The position numbers were made by a program, and so were the translations under genes. The notes beneath the pieces are model-generated. The model worked only from the letters and a program-made list of their open reading frames with translations, did not search any database and was not told the origin of the DNA. A DNA stretch of 64,000 nucleotides from a virus. The stretch covers positions 2,722 to 66,721 of IMG/VR virus record IMGVR_UViG_3300032240_000979; one strand, written 5' to 3'. Every line of letters starts with the position of its first letter. Position 1 is the first letter of the stretch. Shown here piece by piece: positions 23,247 to 32,400 of this stretch.

Positions 23247-23252
23247 GTGTAA
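23247..23252 (+). promoter_or_regulatory. GTGTAA motif heading the tail-tip operon
   Basis: 22 nt before ATG 23275, followed by an AAGGA SD-like sequence. Confidence 0.55.
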
Positions 23253-23274
23253 TATAATCTAAAGGTAAAAGGAA

Positions 23275-24837
23275 ATGTCAAGGGAATCTAATCATAAAGC
23301 TAATTCGGAGTTATTTTCGCTGGAACCAACAGCGTTATTGGAGTTTTTCGTGATTTATTATGATTACGTTAATATGCCAGATGAGAAACTTTACATTCAT
23401 GGCGGCACTAATGGAATTAATGGCTCAATCTATTGGCAAGGAGAAGAATATGTACCATTTCCTATTCAAAGTTCAGGTTTCGAGAGCAAAGGAGATGGAA
23501 CACTTCCTAGACCAAAGTTAATGGTATCTAATCAGGACTTTTTCATGTCCAACTTGATTAGAAGATACAACAATCTCGCTGGTGCTAAGATAGTTAGAAA
23601 AAGAGTATTTCTCAAATTTTTAGACAATAGAAACTTTTCTGAACAGCGTAATCCTTATGGAACTGCCGATGCTAATGCTGGTTTAGAAGATCAAGTATTT
23701 TTCATTTTAAGAAAATCGAGCGAAAATAAAGCTGTTGTTGAATTTGAACTTAGTTCTCCACTTGAGTTAGAACACGTTACATTTCCGAAACGTATTGTTA
23801 TGGCGCGTTATTGTTCATTTCATTATAGAGGTAATGGTTGTCGTTACATGGGTCCACCAATAGCTAATGAATACGATCAAAGACTTTCGGCGGCAATGGA
23901 TTTTAGAACAGGTATTCTTAAAAGAAAATATACTAACGATACACTGCCTCCTTTAGCTGGCGATCCTCCTGTAGATGTTATTGAAGATTATCCAGATTTT
24001 TTTAACACAGATTTACGCAATTCTATTTATGTTGGTTCTTCAGAACAAGTTTTATCTGACATTACAATAGGAACCGCAACGCAAAAATGTTTTACTGAGT
24101 TCTATGGATTTTTTAAAGTTGATCGTGGAGAAAATGGCAGTTATTCTTTTGGCATTGATGTTGATGATTCAGCAGAAGTATATATTGATGGTGTTAAAAT
24201 AGCTTATAAATATGGAACAGGGGCAATGAGAAATGAAAATTTACCTAGTGTTTTTAGCGTAATTGTTTCTAGTCCAAATTTGGGAGTAGGTTATCATAAT
24301 ATTTTAATTAAACATTATAATTATTTAGGTGGCAATGGCTTTGATTTATATTATCAAACAGGAACTAATTTAGGAACAGCAACTTGGACAAAGGTTCCAG
24401 CTTCGCGTTATTATTATGATGTGACAGACTCTGGAAAACTTTCTTCGGCACAGAAATTTACATTTGATGCTTCATTAAACAAATCAGTTGGAAATGATAG
24501 AGCTACATTACTGTCAGCTAAGAATGAATTAAAGTGGAAAAATAATGGTAACAGTTATAAAGTTGGCGATTTTGTATATAGAGAAACAAGCAATATAAAA
24601 GTTTCTAAGAGCGATATTAATGAGGTGCCAAATTGGGAACCTCTCATGAAAGTGTATGTTTGCTTAAAGAACCATACATCAGCACCAAATAAAGATCCAT
24701 TATTCAATAAAGAATATTGGGTAGCTGACCAATGCTCCAAAACTCTCACTGGATGCAGAATGAGATTTGAGAACGAAGCCTCTCTACCTTTTGGTGGATT
24801 CCCCGGTACTGAAGAATACAGCATTAACGGACAATAA
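23275..24837 (+). CDS. minor tail protein L (lambda gpL-like) with PA14 and CBM-like inserts
   Basis: IYWQGEEYVPFPIQSSGFE, LPRPKL, FELSSPLE, CSFHYRGNGC and CSKTLTGCRMRF..LPFGGFPG; PA14-like segment SFGIDVDDSAEVYIDG. Confidence 0.9.
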   Translation: MSRESNHKANSELFSLEPTALLEFFVIYYDYVNMPDEKLYIHGGTNGINGSIYWQGEEYVPFPIQSSGFESKGDGTLPRPKLMVSNQDFFMSNLIRRYNNLAGAKIVRKRVFLKFLDNRNFSEQRNPYGTADANAGLEDQVFFILRKSSENKAVVEFELSSPLELEHVTFPKRIVMARYCSFHYRGNGCRYMGPPIANEYDQRLSAAMDFRTGILKRKYTNDTLPPLAGDPPVDVIEDYPDFFNTDLRNSIYVGSSEQVLSDITIGTATQKCFTEFYGFFKVDRGENGSYSFGIDVDDSAEVYIDGVKIAYKYGTGAMRNENLPSVFSVIVSSPNLGVGYHNILIKHYNYLGGNGFDLYYQTGTNLGTATWTKVPASRYYYDVTDSGKLSSAQKFTFDASLNKSVGNDRATLLSAKNELKWKNNGNSYKVGDFVYRETSNIKVSKSDINEVPNWEPLMKVYVCLKNHTSAPNKDPLFNKEYWVADQCSKTLTGCRMRFENEASLPFGGFPGTEEYSINGQ

Positions 24838-24838
24838 T

Positions 24839-25201
24839 ATGAAATCTATAATTGATCATGCAGCTACATCTGACCTTGAAGTTTGCGGCTTTATTTGCAT
24901 GGAAGATAACAAAGTTGTAACTGAACCAGCTAAAAATATTGCGATTTATGAAAACAACTTATTTGAAATTCATCCATTAGAGGTTGTAAAGAAAATCAGA
25001 AGCGGCAAGTTAATGGCGATTTACCATACTCATCCTTCGTCTGGAGAAGAAGAATCTAAGTTCGATAAATTCAACTGCGAAAATTCTTGTGTTCCGTATT
25101 TAATCTATAGCAAGCAAACAGAGAAATTTAATCTTTTAACACCAAAGATTCCTCACGTTAGCAAAGAATACGTTAAAATATTAAAGGAGATGTATGACTA
25201 A
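24839..25201 (+). CDS. tail assembly protein K-like JAB/MPN domain protein
   Basis: EVCGFI and YHTHPSSGEEESKFD JAMM motif; start trimmed to MKSIIDHA; no NlpC/P60 domain. Confidence 0.85.
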   Translation: MKSIIDHAATSDLEVCGFICMEDNKVVTEPAKNIAIYENNLFEIHPLEVVKKIRSGKLMAIYHTHPSSGEEESKFDKFNCENSCVPYLIYSKQTEKFNLLTPKIPHVSKEYVKILKEMYD

Positions 25202-27998
25202 TATATACCTGCACGGAGAATTGAGAAATCTTTACGGAGAGCATTTTAAGCTGAATATTGAATCAGCTAAAGATACTTTTCGCGCAATTAATTCTAATAG
25301 AAAAGGTTTTATTACTGCGGTTAAGAAATTAATGGCAAAAGGAGTTTTTTATAGAATTATTATTGATGACGAAATATTAAATGATCCTAAAGAGTTGGAA
25401 ATACAAAGAATACCAAAAGAAATACATATTTTGCCTATAGTGTGGGGAGCTGGATCAAATGCAGGTAAAGGAATAGCTATGGTAGTAGCAGCGGCGGCTT
25501 TAGCATGGTTTGCTGGGCCTACCGCATGGATGCTAATGATGGATATGGGTTTGAGCACAACCGCTGCAACCGCTGTTCAAGGAACTTTATATTCTATAGC
25601 TGGAGCTATCGCTATACAAGGAGTAATGACGCTTCTTTATCCGCCGCCAAAACCAGATTTTAATCAAGAAGTATCTGCTGGTGGCAAATCTTATCTTTTC
25701 GGAAGTAAACCCGGCAACGCTTCTCAAGGCCAAGCTGTTCCTGTTGGATATGGTAGATTAGTTATTCAATCGTCTCAAATAAGCGCAACAGCAAACCACT
25801 ATCCATTAGCAACAGACATTAAAACATTGATGACTCCTGTCGATATGCCTGTTAATGATTATACTGAAATTTTGGCAAATGATGAAGCTCCTTCTCCTTA
25901 TGGATTAAATGTAGATGGATTCTCTACAAACCAAGCTACAGACTTAGGAGATAGTCAAATCTTCTCTTCTATCAATTTAGTTAATTCTTATATCAATATT
26001 CTAACTACTAGCGTAGGCAAAGTAGCAAGCGATCCTGTTGAAGTTGTTGTCAAAACTAATGGAGAAGTTGTATCAAACCCAAATTTAGATACATACAATC
26101 CAGATATTAGTTATGAATGGAAAGAGATTTTAGCAACTACTCCTGGTGCTATTAAGATGGAAACTGCGTACGCTTTCAATGATGGATTAGTTTATCGTTC
26201 TTACGATCCATTGTCATTTAGATTGAAAACTAATTTAGGAACTGGAAATTTAAATACTCAACCAAATTACTTTAATGTTTATGAAAGCGGCTCCTTGGTA
26301 AAATGGGGTCCAACCGAATTTAACGATTTAAATATAGGAGCTTGGGATAAAGATTATATCTTCAAGAAAAAAGAACTGACTAACTATCAAGACCGTTATT
26401 TCTCTGCCATAAGAAATTCAATGGGCAAAGCTACAGTTAGTAGCGCATCTAGAGTTGGAAGCGTGGTAACAGTAACAACAGCAAATTCTCACGGATTTTT
26501 AAATAATATTAATGTTAATGTATTTGAGTTAATTGGAAGCGGAGCTAATAGTTCTTACGCCAATGGAACTCACTTAATATCTGTTACAGGTTCAGGAACA
26601 GGACAAACAAATTTTACATTTACTATTTCTGGAGCTAGTGGATCTGAAACATATACTACCTCTGCTGATTCTTATGCGATAGCTACTGAACAAATCGCTC
26701 CTTTAAGTGGATCGACAATAAATACTGGATTTTGGTCTGAAATACAACCTCCGTCTAATCAATATATCTATAAATCATTAAGAACAAATACTGGTGTTAT
26801 TCCATCTTTGGATACTACAGGTTGGAGTTTAATTACATCTCCAACAGCAGAAACAGGATTTAATGCTTTGACAAATAGTTTCCCAGCATTTTCTAAACAA
26901 GATATTTATGTTGGAGACGTTAATCAAACAAATTTACAAACAATCATTAATACAGATGGAGATAGAAACTCTGTAGATAATTACATGATGGAATTTTATG
27001 GTTATCTATATGTAGAAATGGATAAAGATAAGATCATTGATGTTGTTGATGCTCAAAATGGAATAACTTACGAAATAACCAAAATAGGTTCAACAGGTCA
27101 ATGGGCAACTATTGGATTAACTGGTGCAGGTGGCACTCCTATCATGCCTGAACTTGGAATGACTTTCGTTAAAAATTCAACGCCAGCTTTAACAGCGAGC
27201 AATGGAAAAGTTTATCCTGTAAGAAAATTTAATTTCAAGGTAGATTCTGACGATGCTGGCGATCTTCATATAGATGGACAACTAGCAAGCTCGTATTACG
27301 ATTCGCATGGATTCGCATTAAATAATATTCCAACTCCAGCAATAGCAGACATACCATCTACAACAACAGAGATAATGTTGACGGCAGGTTATCACCGTTT
27401 GAACGCTAGATTCCAAGATGGAATTGGTTCTGATGGATTAAGCATTTATTATAGATCCAAACTTGATGGCGAATCTTATTCTGAATATCAAGTATTGCCG
27501 TCTTCTGTTTTAAAGCATCGTTCTTATACAGATTTATCTCAAAAGAAAAACGTCAAATTCTCTAATAAACGAGCTTTAATTTCGGCTTCTTCAATGGTAG
27601 CTGGTAAAAAATACAAAATCGTTACTTTAGGAAGTGTTAATTGGAGTTCTATTGGAGCTAGTTCTCCAGTCGTAGGAAGTATATTTTATAAAAACAATAC
27701 AGCAGTGAGCGGTTCTGGAGGATATGTATTTGAGGATTTATTTAGTCAAACCCAAATATCTTCTGCTGAATTTAATAGATTAGTTAGATTTACTGCCGAA
27801 AGACCAAGTTCTGATTTATTTGCTTCGGCAAAATCTGGTTTATCTGTATATAAAGCAAAATGGCAATGCGTAGCTAAGATTGGAGCATCTAATACACTCT
27901 ATTCTTCGCCAGTCAAAATAGATGTAAAGTTCTTAAACTCTAATGCTCAAAAATCTGTATCAGCTTCCATCAGCGATCCTAGATCAATTAGCGAATAA
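25194..27998 (+). CDS. tail assembly protein I-like, greatly extended (PA14 and other modules)
   Basis: IYLHGEL ubiquitin-like start, EIHILPIVWGAG, hydrophobic segment, SYLF...QGQAVPVGYGRLVI; later FKVDSDDAGDLHIDG PA14 motif. Confidence 0.85.
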   Translation: MTNIYLHGELRNLYGEHFKLNIESAKDTFRAINSNRKGFITAVKKLMAKGVFYRIIIDDEILNDPKELEIQRIPKEIHILPIVWGAGSNAGKGIAMVVAAAALAWFAGPTAWMLMMDMGLSTTAATAVQGTLYSIAGAIAIQGVMTLLYPPPKPDFNQEVSAGGKSYLFGSKPGNASQGQAVPVGYGRLVIQSSQISATANHYPLATDIKTLMTPVDMPVNDYTEILANDEAPSPYGLNVDGFSTNQATDLGDSQIFSSINLVNSYINILTTSVGKVASDPVEVVVKTNGEVVSNPNLDTYNPDISYEWKEILATTPGAIKMETAYAFNDGLVYRSYDPLSFRLKTNLGTGNLNTQPNYFNVYESGSLVKWGPTEFNDLNIGAWDKDYIFKKKELTNYQDRYFSAIRNSMGKATVSSASRVGSVVTVTTANSHGFLNNINVNVFELIGSGANSSYANGTHLISVTGSGTGQTNFTFTISGASGSETYTTSADSYAIATEQIAPLSGSTINTGFWSEIQPPSNQYIYKSLRTNTGVIPSLDTTGWSLITSPTAETGFNALTNSFPAFSKQDIYVGDVNQTNLQTIINTDGDRNSVDNYMMEFYGYLYVEMDKDKIIDVVDAQNGITYEITKIGSTGQWATIGLTGAGGTPIMPELGMTFVKNSTPALTASNGKVYPVRKFNFKVDSDDAGDLHIDGQLASSYYDSHGFALNNIPTPAIADIPSTTTEIMLTAGYHRLNARFQDGIGSDGLSIYYRSKLDGESYSEYQVLPSSVLKHRSYTDLSQKKNVKFSNKRALISASSMVAGKKYKIVTLGSVNWSSIGASSPVVGSIFYKNNTAVSGSGGYVFEDLFSQTQISSAEFNRLVRFTAERPSSDLFASAKSGLSVYKAKWQCVAKIGASNTLYSSPVKIDVKFLNSNAQKSVSASISDPRSISE

Positions 27999-28003
27999 AC
28001 TAT

Positions 28004-28864
28004 ATGAAAATACTTAATCCATATAGATTTTTTAAAGGAGCGTTTGGTTCTGGAACTAATGCTTCTACGCCACAATTAATACCGCCAACTAGCGATGTAA
28101 ATTTATTAAAATCAATATCTATATTTGAATGCGTGGATTTGCTTTGCGAAGGACCAATCTACGGATTGGTAGATCAATTTGGCAAAAAGATATATGGTTT
28201 AGATATGCTCAAAGGTATTTATCTAAACGATACTCCTGTTATGAATTATAAAGGAGAGTATAATTACAGAAATGTAATGATGGAAATTAATCTCGGTACA
28301 GAAAACCAAAAAGCTTTAAATAACTTTAAAAAAGTATATATAGCTCGCCCAGCAAACTTTAAGTTACTTGGACCAATAAGTAGTGCAGGAGAACCTTTGG
28401 ATAATAGACCCGGCGGTAACTTCGTTGATTGGGCCAAGAACAGCAATGGATGGCCGACGCAAGATCAAGATCCTTTTATATTCATCCATAAAATTAAAAA
28501 TAAAGACGTTAAAAAATTAAAAGTTAGTTTAATGATTGAACAACTTTTTGATACAGTTAGCGAAGGAAACACAAAGGCTGGATTAGGAACAAACAAAGCT
28601 ACTAACTTACAGTTAAACATTAAATATGGATTAGATGGTGGCACTAACATAACAAATAGAACAGTATCTATTAACGGTTACGTTCAATCTCCATACGGAT
28701 TAATGATTGGAGATGGATCTAGTTTAGGAATTGGTGGAACAGTAAATTCTAATGTTACAAGCACAACAAGTAATTCTGGTGGATCAGGCGGATCTACATA
28801 TAATAACGAAGGAAATAGAAGCTGGAATACATATACAAATGAATGGATGACAGGAGAACCATAA
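28004..28864 (+). CDS. tail tip/host specificity protein J, N-terminal fragment
   Basis: DLLCEGPIYGL and IYLNDTPV correspond to the lambda J N-terminus (SEGPIEG, LLNSTPV). Confidence 0.85.
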   Translation: MKILNPYRFFKGAFGSGTNASTPQLIPPTSDVNLLKSISIFECVDLLCEGPIYGLVDQFGKKIYGLDMLKGIYLNDTPVMNYKGEYNYRNVMMEINLGTENQKALNNFKKVYIARPANFKLLGPISSAGEPLDNRPGGNFVDWAKNSNGWPTQDQDPFIFIHKIKNKDVKKLKVSLMIEQLFDTVSEGNTKAGLGTNKATNLQLNIKYGLDGGTNITNRTVSINGYVQSPYGLMIGDGSSLGIGGTVNSNVTSTTSNSGGSGGSTYNNEGNRSWNTYTNEWMTGEP

Positions 28865-28865
28865 T

Positions 28866-29429
28866 ATGGCTATACAAAAAACACAAGCAGAAAATATAGC
28901 TTTAGGAATCAGTCCAAGAAATTATTCGGCCATCTTATCAACTATTTATGATTTAAATGATAAGGCTGTAAGCAATTATGTTCCAGAAGCACCGAATACA
29001 ATTGTTTATTCAAATTCCGTTATTGGTGAAGGTTCTTCTCATAAAACATTCAATACTTTAGCTTCTGGTTCGTTCGTCAAAGGAGATACCATAACTGTTT
29101 CAGGAAGAGCTTCTTATCTAATTTATAGTGGATATACTACTATAGCAGAAAAAGCGGCGATTAAAATTGTAGCTCAAATTGATTTTGGACGCTATTCTTC
29201 AACGTATCAAGCTTATTCTTGGGAAGCGTTAGCAAGTGAAATTGTATCCGATGGAGCAAATGTAGGTCAATTTTCTTTTGAAATTCCATCAAGTATCACT
29301 AGTAAACTAGCGGTTGCCGATGATCACTATTTAACAATTAGAGCAACATCTCCAGATAATGCTTTTGTTCAGTTAACCGCAAGCGGAACAACGGATAATG
29401 TAAGAAAGTTTGCAATAACTGCATCTTAA
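28866..29429 (+). CDS. hypothetical beta-rich (Ig-like) protein inserted between J fragments
   Basis: 187 aa, S/T/A-rich beta pattern, tightly packed between the two J ORFs. Confidence 0.75.
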   Translation: MAIQKTQAENIALGISPRNYSAILSTIYDLNDKAVSNYVPEAPNTIVYSNSVIGEGSSHKTFNTLASGSFVKGDTITVSGRASYLIYSGYTTIAEKAAIKIVAQIDFGRYSSTYQAYSWEALASEIVSDGANVGQFSFEIPSSITSKLAVADDHYLTIRATSPDNAFVQLTASGTTDNVRKFAITAS

Positions 29430-29443
29430 AAATATAATAATTT

Positions 29444-32400
29444 ATGAACGATATAGACAACCAATCATCATCAGTAGAAGGCGATATTAGCCCAATCGTG
29501 CAGAACGATATGCTATCCGCTGATATTGTGTTGCCGCCATCTGTAAATGGAAAAGATCGTTTTATTGCAATAGAAAAGAAATCACCAGAAACAATCAATC
29601 CGCTAGTCAAAAGAGAAGTTAGTGTTGAGGCTGTAATAGAAGTTATAGATAGAAATTTTTCTTATCCAATGGCGGCTCACGTTGGATTGAAATTTGATTC
29701 CAGAACATTCTCTAATATTCCTTCAAAGAAGTTTGATGTTAAGATGAAGAAGGTTAAGGTTCCTTCTAATTATTATCCAATCGGCGGCAATGGTTTAGAT
29801 AGAAGATACGTTTATCCAAATCCTGATTATGATGCAGACCCAAATACATTAGATGTTGTATTCATGGTTGATCAAAACATGAATTTTGCAACTAGAGCTT
29901 TATTAAAAAGAAATTTAAAAGACATAATTTCTAAATTAATCTCTGGTTACAAATATACAAGAGCTTCTATTTGGCAAACCTCTAATACCAAAAATACAAT
30001 CATTGATAAGTCTAGCGGAGATACTATAAATAACTTTACTTATTATCCAGAAAATGATTCTAATCAAGGAGCATTTTTTGAAGTGGAAACTCCTGATTCG
30101 GATGGAACAAACAATACAAATCTTTATAAGAAATTATTTGACGCTTTAAGTTTGACTCAAATCTCTACAAATCCAGATGAAACTATTATTGCTAATTATT
30201 TCTTAAGAAAAAGTCAATTTGCTATTACAGATACAGTAGGAACATCAAGCGAAACCGCAACTTTAAGACACGTTTGGGAAAATACTGTTAGAAAGATAAT
30301 ATATTTTTCTGGATCTACTCCAGAAACAATGACGCAAAATACTTATGACATATTGCTTTCTCATGCAAGAGAAAACTGTGTTAGCGTTTATTATTTCCAT
30401 AATGATTCAGATTTTTCTGGAACAAGAACTTTAAGAGAACTTGCGGAAGATACAGGAGGCGGAAAATTCTCTATGCTCCACGATTCAGACGTTAAACTGA
30501 CTCAATTCTGCGATAATAATTTTTACGACAGTAACAAAATATACTACGGAGATTGGGATGGAACATTTAAGATTGCTTGGACAGACAATCCTGCTTGGGT
30601 GCTATATGATATTATTACTGATCCTAACTATGGATTAGGTAATTATATTGATTCTAAAGCAGTAGATAAGTGGACATTATACGATATTGGACGTTATTGT
30701 GATTGTGTTGATGATGATGGAAGATTCAGAGGAGTTCCAGATGGCAAAGGCGGCTTAGAACCAAGATATACTTGCAATATTATCTTCTATAACAAAGATG
30801 AAGCTTACAATGTATTGAAAGATATTTCTGCTGTTTTTAAAGGCATCTTATATTGGACAACAGAAGGATTCTCATTCTTCGCTGATATGCCAAAACAAGC
30901 TGTAATGCAGTTTGCTAATTCTTCAGTAAAAGACGGAGTTTTTAATTACGAAGATACAGCAAAAAATTTACGCTATACTTCTGTAGAGGTAACTTATAAT
31001 GATAGATATGATTTTTACAAACCAAAAGTAGAATACGTTGAGGATTCGGAAGGCATAATTAAATATGGATTAAATCCATTCAAGATTAACGCAGCTGGAT
31101 GCACATCAAGATCAGAAGCAAAACGTATTGGCAGATATGTTATGTCAACTTCTATGCACGAATCAGAAGTGGTGACATTTACCGCTGGTATTGAAGGTTC
31201 TTATCTTCAAATCGGAGATTTGTTTATGGTTAGCGACGAAATTAAAAACGTTGCAAGAACTTTCGGAAGAATACTTGATGTAGATTCAGCAAATAAAACA
31301 ATCAAAATTGATGGAGAATTCCAAGAAGGTTTAGCTTCTGGAATCTTTGTCCATATTCCTTCTGGAAACTATAAAGTATCTGATTTAAATCGCCTGAATA
31401 ATTCTGATGGCAATTTTACTGGAACTTTAGAAAACATCAGAGCTAGACGCCAAAGTCAATTAAAACAATTAAATATCAAGCACGTTCAAGATGATACATA
31501 CGGATGTACCTTGACCGTTACTGGCAACTTCTTAATGGATTCTGTCATTACAGACGTTCACTTAGAAGAAGGAAGATATTCTGGTGCTGTTACAACTGGA
31601 GGCAGCGTTTTGACAGGAATTATTTATACATTCCCTGAAAATACCGTAGTAGATGGCAATCCAACTTGGGACACATTATCTTATCAACAAGTAACTGGCG
31701 TATTTAATCAAGTTGGACTTGATGTTGATCTAATCGGAGAAGCTGGGACAGGACAGTTAATCGCTCCTGTTGCAAATAATTGGTTGGGCAAAATCGACTA
31801 TAAGCTCAATGGATCAAATTCATTTTTCTATACAAATGGTTCCGCGCAAGTAGAAGTTAATACTAATGCTATTGCTATCGCAGAAATATCCGCGACTAAT
31901 GGTTCTAGAATTAACTCTGGAACAGTATCTAATTTAGATGATGTATGGAGTTCTTCTGTATATACTTCAGCGACAACAGGAAATGTCATCGCTATTTTCT
32001 CAAGAGGAGCAGTAATAAGTAATTCATACGCCGCATCTAACGCTAATTGGAAGAATCTTGCGGCAACAGAAGTATTTAAAATTGGTAAAAATATATCCGC
32101 AACATCAACTTCTTTTGGGTATGCTGCGGCATTTATCAAAGGTGGATACAGAATTATCGAAAGAGCCTCTAAGAATCTGAGCGATCAAGGAAGTTTAACC
32201 TTCTATTACAGAGATTTATTAGCTTTAAGTAAACTACGTCCATACTACACAATTTCTCAAGCTGATATTGGAAATAATCAAGCTACGAATCTTAAAGATT
32301 GGACATTCGATTTCCCATATAAAGTTGGAGACAGAGTAAAGAATAACGGAAATGTTTATTTGTGCGTTCAAGATCATAAATCACCAGCTACATTTGAAGT

